DNA from: a virus
Taxonomy: Duplodnaviria; Caudoviricetes
Direction: 5' to 3' (one strand)
Length of the DNA: 64,000 bases
IMG/VR virus record: IMGVR_UViG_3300021311_000141
Location: 8,255 to 72,254 of that record
The translations under genes and the position numbers were made by a program. The notes under the pieces are model-generated. The model was not told where the DNA came from. It worked only from the letters and a program-made list of their open reading frames with translations, and did not search any database. This document shows positions 35,655 through 44,331 of the stretch, piece after piece; positions within the stretch are counted from its first letter, which is position 1, and the number at the start of each line of letters is the position of its first letter.

Positions 35655-36303
35655 GCTTTTTCGCCTCCACTTCCTTCACACGGGCTTCAAGCCGTTGGCG
35701 GCGCGTTTCATAGTCCTGCGCCATGACGCGGAACACAGGCCAGATAGGGCGCGATTTTTTGGGTGTCGGCAGCGCCCCGACGAAACGCCGCATCCAGTGC
35801 TCGGACAGGGGATCCTCCATGACAGCCCCGGCAACGCACATGAGCAGGGCGCGATGCCCCGCAGAAAATTCAAGCCAGTTGACCCGATAGACAAGCCGCC
35901 CCTTTTCGTCATGGGCGACGTCGATCATGTCCGTGGCATTGCCCATGCGCAGGGCGTACCGCTTCATGGTGGGGTCGAGTATGATGCTTCCGCGGCCGTC
36001 GAGGGCGAAATACCAGTCGAGGGCGCTCTGCAGATTTGTCCTGCCGTCCGGCCCGGCAGCGTCGAAATTGTAGAGGATGGCGTCAGCCGGGAAGGAATGG
36101 GTGCGGTCTTCAACTAGAACCACCCAGCCGCTTGTCACCTTGGCGCGCACGTCTTCCAGCATGGTGGGAAGCCACTGCGCGGGCGCTCCCGTGATGTCGC
36201 GCAGTTCCGTGAGAATGAGATTCGCGCCGTCCCACATGCCCACGGCCTGCGCCCGGCGGGTTCCCTCAAGGGATATGGCGAGGATCTTCTTTCTACCGTC
36301 CAC
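35647..36303 (-). CDS. P1-like morphogenesis protein downstream of the terminase
   Basis: GTG 36303 with GAGGAG RBS; KKILAISL..DEKGRLVYRVNW..HRALLMC. Confidence 0.6.
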   Translation of the reverse strand: MDGRKKILAISLEGTRRAQAVGMWDGANLILTELRDITGAPAQWLPTMLEDVRAKVTSGWVVLVEDRTHSFPADAILYNFDAAGPDGRTNLQSALDWYFALDGRGSIILDPTMKRYALRMGNATDMIDVAHDEKGRLVYRVNWLEFSAGHRALLMCVAGAVMEDPLSEHWMRRFVGALPTPKKSRPIWPVFRVMAQDYETRRQRLEARVKEVEAKKHV

Positions 36304-38815
36304 CGGCGCTCTCCTCTTCGGCCTGCATCCACGCCCTGGCCAGGGACAGCATTTGGCTTTCGTGCTCCGCTGCGGCGGCGCCGCGTTCCGCCGGCAGGTA
36401 TTCAGCCAGAAATGCGAACGCACATGTATCCCCGATGTCCGGGGACTTGATGCCCTGCGCCCGCATCCTCTCCTTGGTTTCCATGGCGTAGCGCCCGCGC
36501 TCGTCCAGTTTGAACGGCAGCTTTGACACCTGTTCCACGAAGTTGCGCTGCTGCGGCCCCTGAAAACGCTTTTGGAAAATGGCGTCGCGCAGCTTGCAGT
36601 AGGCGAAGGCGCGCAGGTTGGCGTATCTTCGCTGTGCCGCAGCCGTGTGGCAGGGAAGCCCCCAGTGGATGGCCTGCACCGGGATGCCCAGTTCTTCCAG
36701 TTCAAGGATCACCGTCCGCCCTGCGCCGTCGCCGTCAACGGCTATGCTCAAATTCGGCAGCTCATAGTATTTGCTGGCGATGAAGCGGGCGAACTGCTTT
36801 TCGTTCATGTCAAGGAACTCGCTGCATTCCACAGACGCCACACGGCGCTCATCTCCCTGCCCGGACATCCTGACGATGTTGGCGACGCTCGAATCCCGGT
36901 GCAGCCCCTCGGCAACATCGGCCAGCAGCACATAGCCCCAGTCGCCTTCGGGAAATTCGACGGCGTTATACTGACAGTCCTCCACCCAGCGCCGGGGAAT
37001 GAGGTAGCCGGCCATGTTGTCGGGGAAGTTGCCCAGAACCTTGATCTGGTATTCCGGCGAGTGGTGCCCGCCGTATTCCTGCAGCTTTTCGAGGATATAT
37101 TCCCGTGAGACAATGGGGGATTCCTCGGAGTTCATGGTGATGGCGTCATAGATGCCGTCTTCGCCATGCCCCTTTGCCAGCTTGCGCATGGCGTCGGCAA
37201 AGTGCCCGGCCGGCCGCGTGGGCTGGGAGGTCATCACATAGCGGTTGCGGCGGTGCGTCAGGGCGCCGCGCAGAACGCCGTGGATGGCGTCATCCACGCC
37301 AGAGGCCTCATCGACCACGATGAGCAGGTTGTTGTTGTGCTGGCCGGCAAGGTTCTCCGGCGCGTTCTTGCTGGCCGTCTTGGGGAGGACGTACCAGCTG
37401 TCCTTGAATCCGCGGGCGTAATAGCGCCGCGTCTCCTTGATAAAAAAGCCGCGCATCCACGGGTAAAGGGAATCCATGCAATCGATCACGCCGTCCAGAT
37501 ACTTCCAGACCACAGACCGGGCCTGTTCGATGTTGGTGGCGGTCAGGATGGCGTTGGAATGCGGGAATACGCGCATGTTCCAGTCAAGGAGCCATGCCAG
37601 GAGGAAGCTCTTGCCCGTGTTGTGAAGCACCATGAAATCGCCAGAAAGGAACCGCCGGTTCCCGTCTATCATAAAGCCGAAGTATTCACCGCTTCCAAGG
37701 GGCTCAACGCTCTTGACGCCAAAATGAAGGTTGGCCCTTTGAATTTTTCCTTCCACCGTCGGGCGTTTTCTCTCGATACGGATAGGAATATTCTCTATAT
37801 TGCGCGTAAGATTTATGACAAAATAGCTGCCTATCACACCTGTATTTTTGCACGTTTTTTGAACGCATTTCTTTGTTGCATGTATTCCAAGAGAGCGCGC
37901 CAGGAACACAATGCCGTCTGCTATCCTCTCATTCTTTTGAGTGATTGACAGTACCCTTTTTGTGCGCTTGTCTAGCGTTCCGTCGGTATCAACAAGCCCT
38001 GCTAAAAGTTCTTTTCTGTCTTCAGCACAGGAAGTTAAATACTCTTTAGGAATGTGCTTATTGCCCAATAGATTCAAAACGGCTAGTTTACTCTTGAAAC
38101 CATTAGGTTTCCATTCATTGGACACCCATATATCAAGCCCGGTTTGCCGATATGTATATCCGTTATCATCGGCATACGTCTTCAAAGCCTGCCTGATCTC
38201 TACGTCAGGATTTGTCACAAGCTGGCTTGTCGAGCATCCATCTCCGAGCCATATGCCCAAAATATACGGTGGAATTGGCAAGTTCCCTTGGCGTTGTGCA
38301 AAGTCGCAGCTTACGCGATAGCTGGCATGTGTCCGTCTCTTTCTGTCACTCCAAGAAAGATAATCTCTAACAGTCGTCTCTTTCTTGTCGCCCGCCCTTT
38401 GCGCCCCGTGCGTTTGCGTAGCCACGAGACAAATAATATGCGATTCGTTGAAAACGTGCTGTGTGCCATCGAAAAACGTGAAGCGATATAAGTTTTCTCT
38501 GCCCCTGCAAAGTTCCAGCACATTGCGCGGCGTTGAATCGTCGCCCATAAGCACGTCCCCCACGCACACGTCTTCCACAGCCTTCACGGCTCCGTCGTAC
38601 ATGAGAATCGGCGTACCCTTTCCAAAGCATCCGTGCCCGCTCGACACGGCCACGCGCGCGCCGGGACGCTGGCAGGCGTCTATGAACTCCATCTGCTGCC
38701 ATGTGGGGACGACATTGCAGTTTTCCAGCACATAGTCATGGAAGTTGTCGTAGTACCGCTCCCTGAACCGCAAATAGCGGGGGTCGGCAAGAATGCTAGG
38801 CGCTTTGGCCGCCAT
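36293..38815 (-). CDS. pacB: Terminase large subunit (PacB-like) interrupted by an intein
   Basis: RVAVSSGHG|intein|TGKS Walker A; ENLAGQH, VVDEASGV Walker B; DVAEG and KSPDIGDT nuclease motifs; ~503 aa after splicing. Confidence 0.93.
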   Translation of the reverse strand: MAAKAPSILADPRYLRFRERYYDNFHDYVLENCNVVPTWQQMEFIDACQRPGARVAVSSGHGCFGKGTPILMYDGAVKAVEDVCVGDVLMGDDSTPRNVLELCRGRENLYRFTFFDGTQHVFNESHIICLVATQTHGAQRAGDKKETTVRDYLSWSDRKRRTHASYRVSCDFAQRQGNLPIPPYILGIWLGDGCSTSQLVTNPDVEIRQALKTYADDNGYTYRQTGLDIWVSNEWKPNGFKSKLAVLNLLGNKHIPKEYLTSCAEDRKELLAGLVDTDGTLDKRTKRVLSITQKNERIADGIVFLARSLGIHATKKCVQKTCKNTGVIGSYFVINLTRNIENIPIRIERKRPTVEGKIQRANLHFGVKSVEPLGSGEYFGFMIDGNRRFLSGDFMVLHNTGKSFLLAWLLDWNMRVFPHSNAILTATNIEQARSVVWKYLDGVIDCMDSLYPWMRGFFIKETRRYYARGFKDSWYVLPKTASKNAPENLAGQHNNNLLIVVDEASGVDDAIHGVLRGALTHRRNRYVMTSQPTRPAGHFADAMRKLAKGHGEDGIYDAITMNSEESPIVSREYILEKLQEYGGHHSPEYQIKVLGNFPDNMAGYLIPRRWVEDCQYNAVEFPEGDWGYVLLADVAEGLHRDSSVANIVRMSGQGDERRVASVECSEFLDMNEKQFARFIASKYYELPNLSIAVDGDGAGRTVILELEELGIPVQAIHWGLPCHTAAAQRRYANLRAFAYCKLRDAIFQKRFQGPQQRNFVEQVSKLPFKLDERGRYAMETKERMRAQGIKSPDIGDTCAFAFLAEYLPAERGAAAAEHESQMLSLARAWMQAEEESAGGR
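37619..38629 (-). mobile_element. Intein with LAGLIDADG homing endonuclease (337 aa)
   Basis: Starts CFGKGTPILMYDG, ends YFGFMIDGNRRF..VLHN, +1 Thr; LGIWLGDG and LLAGLVDTDG motifs; AT-richer than flanks. Confidence 0.95.
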
Positions 38816-39482
38816 CCCCTTCACCCCTTTCCGCAGGCTTGGCAGGCGTGGCCCCTGGGGCGTGGCTGTCTGCCACCTGCCTGTGCAGACCCGCCATCTC
38901 GGCCCGTCGCTGCGGCAGGCCGTCACGCTGGGCCTGCTGCTCCATCTCGCGCTCTCTGGCGCGGCGCTCCATCTCTTCGTCCGTCACGACGCAGTACACC
39001 CCGGCGTTGGGGTCATCCGGCTCGATTTCCTCTTTCGCCAGCAGTATGCGGATCGTATCGGGCAGCGGAACGCCGTTCATTTCCAGTTCGAGGGCCGTGT
39101 CCTTCAGGGAAAGCTCGCCGTTCTTGTATTTGCCAAGAATGTCCTGTGCCTTGGCCGAAATGGCGTCAGGGTCATCCGCATACCCTTTTGCCCTGGGCAT
39201 CCCGTACTTGAGCACCAAGTCCATGCAATCCTGATTGCCCGCCAAGGCTTTCTTCTCCACCGTCGGCCACACTTTTTCAGCGGATATGCGGGCCATCTGC
39301 AGCAGCTTGCTTCCGACGCCCGCAGGCCTCCCCGGCCCGCCCGCGCCTCCGCTCACAAACTGCCCCTTGGCATTGCGCTTCGGGCCAGCAGCCGTTTTGC
39401 CCGTTTGTTTAACGGTGGCGGCTTTGGCCTTATCTTCCGGCCTGGCCTTGCCGGACGCTGCGTTGGAGGACTTTGCAGCCAT
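38796..39482 (-). CDS. pacA: Terminase small subunit (PacA-like)
   Basis: Directly upstream of pacB; KGQFVSGGAGGPGRP; LELEMNGVPLP..EEMERRARER..RRAE. Confidence 0.7.
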   Translation of the reverse strand: MAAKSSNAASGKARPEDKAKAATVKQTGKTAAGPKRNAKGQFVSGGAGGPGRPAGVGSKLLQMARISAEKVWPTVEKKALAGNQDCMDLVLKYGMPRAKGYADDPDAISAKAQDILGKYKNGELSLKDTALELEMNGVPLPDTIRILLAKEEIEPDDPNAGVYCVVTDEEMERRAREREMEQQAQRDGLPQRRAEMAGLHRQVADSHAPGATPAKPAERGEGDGGQSA

Positions 39483-39484
39483 CC

Positions 39485-39724
39485 CTAGACCCCCGCGCCT
39501 TCAGTCCTGTTTGCGGTGCGCGCGGCCAGGTGCTCCGCCAGCACACGAACGGCCTCGCGCAGGGCGCTTGCCGTATCGACCGCGATTTCCGTCGTTTCAT
39601 GGATGTGCCCGCAGGTGAGGCATCGGCGCGTCCTGATGACGCAACTGGAGAGAGAAGCGGTCTGGATCACCGATGTGGTGGACTTTCCACAGGCCGGACA
39701 CAGGTAGCCGCGTTTTTCACACAT
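39485..39724 (-). CDS. Ogr/Delta- or NrdR-like Zn-ribbon regulator, candidate late activator
   Basis: YLCPACG..V..T..RTRRCLTCGHIHETTE; sits where P1 has lpa (upstream of pacA). Confidence 0.65.
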   Translation of the reverse strand: MCEKRGYLCPACGKSTTSVIQTASLSSCVIRTRRCLTCGHIHETTEIAVDTASALREAVRVLAEHLAARTANRTEGAGV

Positions 39725-39942
39725 TACGCACCCCCCACGTTTTGCGCACGGGCCTGGCTCAATTTCACAAAAAGCTCCTGCTTCTCCCGCCGGCACTGCG
39801 AAAGCATGAGGTCGCGCCGGTTGATCTCCTCCCACAGCCAATCGTTCTCGCAGCAGACGCACATGCCGTTTTCCGGGTTGAGCAACAGCTTCTGCCGGCA
39901 TCGGCGGCACGGGCCGATCTGTCTCCCATCCATGCTCGCCAT
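39724..39942 (-). CDS. Small Cys-rich hypothetical protein
   Basis: CRRC..CVCC; GGAG RBS; coupled to neighbours. Confidence 0.5.
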   Translation of the reverse strand: MASMDGRQIGPCRRCRQKLLLNPENGMCVCCENDWLWEEINRRDLMLSQCRREKQELFVKLSQARAQNVGGA

Positions 39943-39945
39943 AAA

Positions 39946-40296
39946 TCATGCTCCTCCGGCCAGAAAGAATGTGAGCGTCGCGGCGGCAATGCCGCCAAGG
40001 GCGATGAAGGCCGCGAAAATCCACGGCCCGTCCGCAGGCTGGGCGAGGGCGCAGCGTCCCCAGCGCCACGGCAGGATGCCGGGGCGGTACAGGGGGCAGT
40101 GTGGCCCGACACAGGTGCAGGCCAGATAGATGGGAGCATCCGCGCCGGAAGGCTTGCCCTGCCCGAAGTTGACGATGTTGAACGCGCCTGCCTGAAGGGC
40201 CTGCACCCGCGCCCCCTCGACGTTCTGCACGGACACCCGGCCCATGGGGCACCAGGTCTGTTTGCGCTTCTCCTGCGCGGCCTTCGTTTTGAACAT
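39946..40296 (-). CDS. Cys-rich protein with C-terminal TM helix
   Basis: ATG 40296; WCP..CVGPHCPLY..GRCAL, hydrophobic tail. Confidence 0.5.
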   Translation of the reverse strand: MFKTKAAQEKRKQTWCPMGRVSVQNVEGARVQALQAGAFNIVNFGQGKPSGADAPIYLACTCVGPHCPLYRPGILPWRWGRCALAQPADGPWIFAAFIALGGIAAATLTFFLAGGA

Positions 40297-40306
40297 GGTT
40301 CCCCCG

Positions 40307-40816
40307 CTACTTCTCGCAGTCCCCGCAACCCTGGCAGGCTTCGTCCGCCGGGGCGTCGTCCCCGTGGGCATGGAAGGGACACTGCCGCGCGTGTTGCCGC
40401 CGCATGTCTTCGGGCATGGCGTCGCGTATGGCGTTCATGTCCGCCTCGTCCATGGGGTCGAACGTGGTGAGGCCGAACTTGGAGCGCGCGAAGGCCATGA
40501 CCGCGCCCGTGCCGTAAATGCCGAAGAAGAGGCCTATGCCAAGCTGTATTGCCGGGGTGACGGCCTCACAGAACATGGGGGCAAGCAGCGCGGCTCCCCC
40601 GCCGATGAACCCCTGCGTGATGCCCTGCAGGGTGACGTGGCTGACAATCTGCACCAGCGTCCGCTGCTTGAACCCTCCCTTGATGCGCTTGAGCCCGAAC
40701 AGGAAGGCCGCGCCGCCGGTAAAGGCGAACAGCGGCCAGGATTCCCGAATGGCATCAAGATACTGTTGCCCGCCGCTGCCTGATTGAATCATGTTCATGT
40801 CAGTTACCCTTTCCAT
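40307..40816 (-). CDS. Putative holin
   Basis: Three hydrophobic segments, charged Cys-containing C-terminus, adjacent to spanins and endolysin. Confidence 0.55.
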   Translation of the reverse strand: MERVTDMNMIQSGSGGQQYLDAIRESWPLFAFTGGAAFLFGLKRIKGGFKQRTLVQIVSHVTLQGITQGFIGGGAALLAPMFCEAVTPAIQLGIGLFFGIYGTGAVMAFARSKFGLTTFDPMDEADMNAIRDAMPEDMRRQHARQCPFHAHGDDAPADEACQGCGDCEK

Positions 40817-41129
40817 GGTTGCCCTCCAGTTTCAGCATTTTGGCCCGGTATTCGCGCAGGGCCTGCATGTTGACGTTGTGGGCTTTGATGGCGTTCTCGT
40901 CGGCGATGACTATGCGTACCAGGTCGCCTACGGTTTTCGCGCCGTCGCGGGGCGGCAACGGGCAGTCATCGAGAAGCATCACCGGGGGCAGGAACCGCAC
41001 CGGCTCCGCCGTCGGTTGCGCCGTGCCGGAGCAGCCGGATAACGTCATCAGGCAGCACAGCGCGGCCCCAGTCATCATTGTTGCGCAGCACATTTTCAGT
41101 TTCCGTGACGCGCCATTGATTCTTTTCAT
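40800..41129 (-). CDS. Outer-membrane spanin (Rz1-like lipoprotein)
   Basis: Basic N-terminus, LMTLSG|C lipobox, PPVMLLDDCPLP Pro-rich; overlaps Rz in another frame. Confidence 0.8.
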   Translation of the reverse strand: MKRINGASRKLKMCCATMMTGAALCCLMTLSGCSGTAQPTAEPVRFLPPVMLLDDCPLPPRDGAKTVGDLVRIVIADENAIKAHNVNMQALREYRAKMLKLEGNHGKGN

Positions 41130-41322
41130 CCTGCACCTTCCTTGCCGCCAGGGCTTCCGCCTCTGCGGCATCGGCAAGCCCCTGGGCCTGCTGTAAGAGG
41201 TCAATACGGGCGGTCGCCGTGTCCAGCCGTGCCTCCACGCTCCAGACGTGCCGGGCGACTGCGTAGATGAGGCACAGCAGCGCCACGGCGCCGGCAGCCA
41301 TGGACAGCCACACGCGGCCCAT
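40966..41322 (-). CDS. Inner-membrane spanin (Rz-like)
   Basis: N-terminal TM, coiled coil, WGRAVLPDDVIRLL. Confidence 0.8.
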   Translation of the reverse strand: MGRVWLSMAAGAVALLCLIYAVARHVWSVEARLDTATARIDLLQQAQGLADAAEAEALAARKVQDEKNQWRVTETENVLRNNDDWGRAVLPDDVIRLLRHGATDGGAGAVPAPGDASR

Positions 41323-41927
41323 TATTTGAGCCCCCGGACATAGGACAGGAGATCGTTGCAGCGGTTGCGCCAGCCCTTGCCGAACGGGCGATAGTCGCGC
41401 CCGTCGGGGTAGGGAGACCTGTTGACAAGCATGTTGTGAAAGGCGAGTCGCTTGCCGATGGCGGCTTCCGCCAGGGCGAGGCCCTTGCCCGCATTGTTCA
41501 GGTCGCGGACGGCCTGCACGGTGAGGGGGCCGCAGGCGCCGTCCTCCTTGAGCAGAGGCTTCCCGGCGAGGGCGTTGACTGCCGCCTGCAGGCAGAGGAT
41601 GGAGCGGGTTCGGCCCGTATTGACGTTGGTGTCATAGACGACGCACTGCACGGGCAGGGAGATCAGACGGTCAAGCGCGGGCTCTTCCCAGAAGGCCCGG
41701 TAAAAAATTTGGTCAACTTTATCCTGGTCTTTGTTCCGATAGAGGGTCAGGATGTCCTTGATGTCGATGTGCCCGTCACCGTTGATGTCGATGCCGGTCT
41801 GCTTGAGGAAGCGCAGGGAGACGCCGTTGTAGGTCGCGCCGCCCGGATCGTTGGGATGGTTGACGTAGCCCTTTTCCCACTTTTGCGTGAACAGGTTGGC
41901 CGTTCGGAAGTTGTCTTTCGCTGTCAT
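41322..41927 (-). CDS. Endolysin, glycoside hydrolase family 108 with PG-binding domain
   Basis: EKGYVNHPNDPGGATYNGV, YDTNVNTG, DGACGPLT, FGKGWRNR. Confidence 0.92.
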   Translation of the reverse strand: MTAKDNFRTANLFTQKWEKGYVNHPNDPGGATYNGVSLRFLKQTGIDINGDGHIDIKDILTLYRNKDQDKVDQIFYRAFWEEPALDRLISLPVQCVVYDTNVNTGRTRSILCLQAAVNALAGKPLLKEDGACGPLTVQAVRDLNNAGKGLALAEAAIGKRLAFHNMLVNRSPYPDGRDYRPFGKGWRNRCNDLLSYVRGLK

Positions 41928-41977
41928 GGTTCCCTCCTGCCGTTTTTTGGCAAAAGCGTACCACAGGATTTACAGGC

Positions 41978-42031
41978 GGATAGGCTGAGGATAGGCTGGG
42001 GAAGGTTGAGGCATAGCTGGTGACAGGTTGA
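41978..42031. repeat. Five degenerate ~11-bp tandem repeats upstream of the lysis/packaging genes
   Basis: GGATAGGCTGA GGATAGGCTGG GGAAGGTTGA GGCATAGCTGG TGACAGGTTGA. Confidence 0.5.
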
Positions 42032-42041
42032 CAGTTTTTTC

Positions 42042-42422
42042 ATGGAGGCGCATATGGCTACGCTAGCTACGCTATTGACTTTCCTCTCTACTATTACTGG
42101 CTTCCTTTCAGCGTGCTTTTGGTGGAAATCTGCGAATCTCGACTATTCTAGCGACTTTGGTGAATTGGATGCTCCATATTTCGGGAATTGTTACGGGGGA
42201 ATGCCTCTAAAAATGAGAACAATTATAAAATTCACTCAACTTTTTACTATCAAATATAAAACTATTGTAAATTTATATAATACTGAACTCAACAAAACAC
42301 ATAAAAATTATATATATCTGTCGTCAAAACTTAATGCACTTGCCGCATTTTACGCCGCAATTACGGTAGCATTTTTATTTCTGAATGAGCTAATTAAACT
42401 TCTCTCTGATTTTTCATGTTAA
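42042..42422 (+). CDS. AT-rich membrane protein (moron-like, opposite strand)
   Basis: GGAGG RBS; hydrophobic helices at both ends. Confidence 0.6.
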   Translation: MEAHMATLATLLTFLSTITGFLSACFWWKSANLDYSSDFGELDAPYFGNCYGGMPLKMRTIIKFTQLFTIKYKTIVNLYNTELNKTHKNYIYLSSKLNALAAFYAAITVAFLFLNELIKLLSDFSC

Positions 42423-42615
42423 ATATTTCTCTCCATATTTGAAGACGCATAGCTTCAGTGCTATACTTTTTCTTACTACCGCGCCCTTCGACTGTAATCG
42501 GCGCACCATTCTTTTTCCATGTCCTAACAGTTTTTGGACAAACACCCATTTTTTCACATATTTCAGCCATATTGCGTAGTATTTTCGGCTCATACACAAC
42601 ACAAGGCTGGTTCAT
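42394..42615 (-). CDS. Winged-HTH protein (Nu1/MerR/excisionase-like)
   Basis: AEICEKMGVCPKTVRTWKKNGAPI..G..KY, pattern of the lambda Nu1 DNA-binding domain. Confidence 0.6.
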   Translation of the reverse strand: MNQPCVVYEPKILRNMAEICEKMGVCPKTVRTWKKNGAPITVEGRGSKKKYSTEAMRLQIWREIFNMKNQREV

Positions 42616-42631
42616 CTGCTCTCTACCCCCA

Positions 42632-42883
42632 TCAATGGATTTTTGTGTTGACATCCGTCCCATCCTTCCTTTCGCCGTTGATGATCTTGCCGCAATGCGG
42701 ACACACCTTGGTCTCCTTGTAGTTATGGCCGCCGAAGCACAGCGCAGTCCCGGCTATGAAGATAAGCAGAGTTACGGTTATTTCGCTCAAGCCGTCCTTG
42801 AGCAACAGACAGGCCATGTAGAGAATGCCACAACAGCCTGTGATGCGAGCGATCTCCACCAGAGCCCAGCAAATCATCCTCAT
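42632..42883 (-). CDS. Small membrane protein with C-terminal CPHCG
   Basis: Two hydrophobic helices; ATGA-coupled. Confidence 0.5.
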   Translation of the reverse strand: MRMICWALVEIARITGCCGILYMACLLLKDGLSEITVTLLIFIAGTALCFGGHNYKETKVCPHCGKIINGERKDGTDVNTKIH

Positions 42884-43188
42884 TGCGTGTCCTCCCCCTT
42901 TGGCTCCCGCGGCGGCAGGTGGGCCCCATGCCAGATGATGCGGCGATTACGCCACATCCCGACAGCCCCGGCCCAGCCCTTGCGCGCCTGTCTCGCCGCC
43001 CCGGCCCAGCCGTGACCAAGGAAGGCCTGCACGATATCCGCAGCAACGCATACCGGGTACAGCGCCGCGCACAGTGCCAGGCCGCACACGGGATGCCGCT
43101 TGATGAACCCGTAAATCCACCGTCCGCAGTTTGTCACAAACCGTTCCTTCAGTGTCTTGCCACCACTGGAGTGATTCACGATAGCCAC
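42880..43188 (-). CDS. Hypothetical protein
   Basis: GGAGG RBS, operon-coupled. Confidence 0.45.
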   Translation of the reverse strand: MAIVNHSSGGKTLKERFVTNCGRWIYGFIKRHPVCGLALCAALYPVCVAADIVQAFLGHGWAGAARQARKGWAGAVGMWRNRRIIWHGAHLPPREPKGEDTQ

Positions 43189-43190
43189 GG

Positions 43191-43439
43191 CTACGCGCCT
43201 CCTTCGGTGTCGCCGGTCACGGCTTTGCGCGCGGCGCGGCGCCAGTCCACGGCTTCATACGGGTAGGGCAATTCCTGCTCGCAGTGCTGCCATATCCAGC
43301 GGCCCATGCCTGCGGCCTTTATGGCCAGCCAGGCGGCCTCACTTTCGAGACGGTCTGCGCGGGCCTTTTCTTCCGCAAGCTGCCGCGCAAGCGACATGGC
43401 AGGAGCGTTGAGCCTTTCAGTTGCGCCCATAGCCAGCAC
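43191..43439 (-). CDS. Hypothetical protein
   Basis: GGGAGG RBS, operon-coupled. Confidence 0.45.
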   Translation of the reverse strand: MLAMGATERLNAPAMSLARQLAEEKARADRLESEAAWLAIKAAGMGRWIWQHCEQELPYPYEAVDWRRAARKAVTGDTEGGA

Positions 43440-43623
43440 CTCCCATGCCGTGCTTCACCCGGTCGTGTTCCTCGGCGCGCTTGGCATTGTTGAAGCGGTC
43501 GGTTGTGCCGACCAGGTAGCCTGTGATGCGGCGTATCCTCTGGAATCTCACGCCCTCGCCGACCAGTTTTTTACGTCCCTCTGCCCACGTTTGCTCCCGC
43601 AACCGCTCTCTGACGCTTTTCAT
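43417..43623 (-). CDS. Stand-alone NrdD C-terminal (glycyl-radical-like) mini protein
   Basis: RIRRITGYLVGTTDRFNNAKRAEEHDRVKH matches the class III RNR C-terminal signature. Confidence 0.75.
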   Translation of the reverse strand: MKSVRERLREQTWAEGRKKLVGEGVRFQRIRRITGYLVGTTDRFNNAKRAEEHDRVKHGMGGAGYGRN

Positions 43624-43630
43624 GCCTGCC

Positions 43631-44146
43631 TCACTTTTTCCGCTTTCCCTGCCCGTACCGCTTGAAAACCCATTCTCCGTCCTTGTCCCGCATGACGCTC
43701 AAAAAAATGAACCACGGGTGCTGCCGGGCGGCGGTTTTGAGCTTGATGCGGTCTTTCGGGCGCCAGAACCCCTTGGTCTCATGCAGCTCCATGTGCCCAT
43801 CGCCGGCGATGACCAGAAAATCCGGCGTGTAGGATGTGTTGTCGGCCAGGTTCAGGGTTATGCTCTCGTAGCGCCACTCCAAAATCTTTCCGGCCATCTT
43901 CTCTCTTTCCAGCACTGCGGCGTAATCCACCTCAAGCTGGCTCTTCATGCGTTCTGTGTCGTAGCTGCGCCCGGCCATGGGCAGGCGGCACACGGCCTTG
44001 ACGGCGTTGCCTTTCCTGGGGGCTGCGGCACACGCCGGGGGTTTTGCGCCCGCCTGTTCCGCCATGGCCTCAACCTCGGCCACGGTCATATGCCGCAAGT
44101 CCTTCCCGCGCAGGGCGCTTGCCGGAACAGTGAGTGTGCCGGCCAT
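43631..44146 (-). CDS. DUF1064-like PD-(D/E)xK endonuclease
   Basis: KSQLEVDYA..WRYE..SYTPDF..HETKG; ATG 44146 in a TAATG overlap. Confidence 0.75.
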   Translation of the reverse strand: MAGTLTVPASALRGKDLRHMTVAEVEAMAEQAGAKPPACAAAPRKGNAVKAVCRLPMAGRSYDTERMKSQLEVDYAAVLEREKMAGKILEWRYESITLNLADNTSYTPDFLVIAGDGHMELHETKGFWRPKDRIKLKTAARQHPWFIFLSVMRDKDGEWVFKRYGQGKRKK

Positions 44147-44319
44147 TATCCGAGCACCGCCAGCAGAAAGTCCCACAGCCTATTTCCCAGATGCCCGGCA
44201 ATAATGCACCCCATCACGCCAACCCCAAAACAAAAACCGAGTTTTAGGCTGCCCCATGCGGACATGTTGCATTTGATTGTGACATTCACGCCGGCACTCT
44301 TTTCTTCGGCCTTGCACAT
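44146..44319 (-). CDS. Small membrane peptide (57 aa), not in ORF track
   Basis: MCKAEEKSAGVNVTIKCNMSAWGSLKLGFCFGVGVMGCIIAGHLGNRLWDFLLAVLG; GAGAGG RBS. Confidence 0.5.
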   Translation of the reverse strand: MCKAEEKSAGVNVTIKCNMSAWGSLKLGFCFGVGVMGCIIAGHLGNRLWDFLLAVLG

Positions 44320-44331
44320 ATTGCCTCTCCG

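Noticed and set aside
35647-36705. Long N-terminal extensions in the ORF track (also 31158-32165, 39485-40252, 44826-45500, 52226-53509, 57594-58496)
   Set aside because: They overlap neighbouring real genes; downstream starts with RBS or stop-start overlaps were used instead
38796-39482. P1-style GATC-rich pac site within pacA
   Set aside because: No cluster of GATC hexamer repeats seen
42394-42615. wHTH gene as the terminase small subunit or an excisionase
   Set aside because: A PacA-like gene already abuts pacB and no integrase is in the window; left as a generic wHTH
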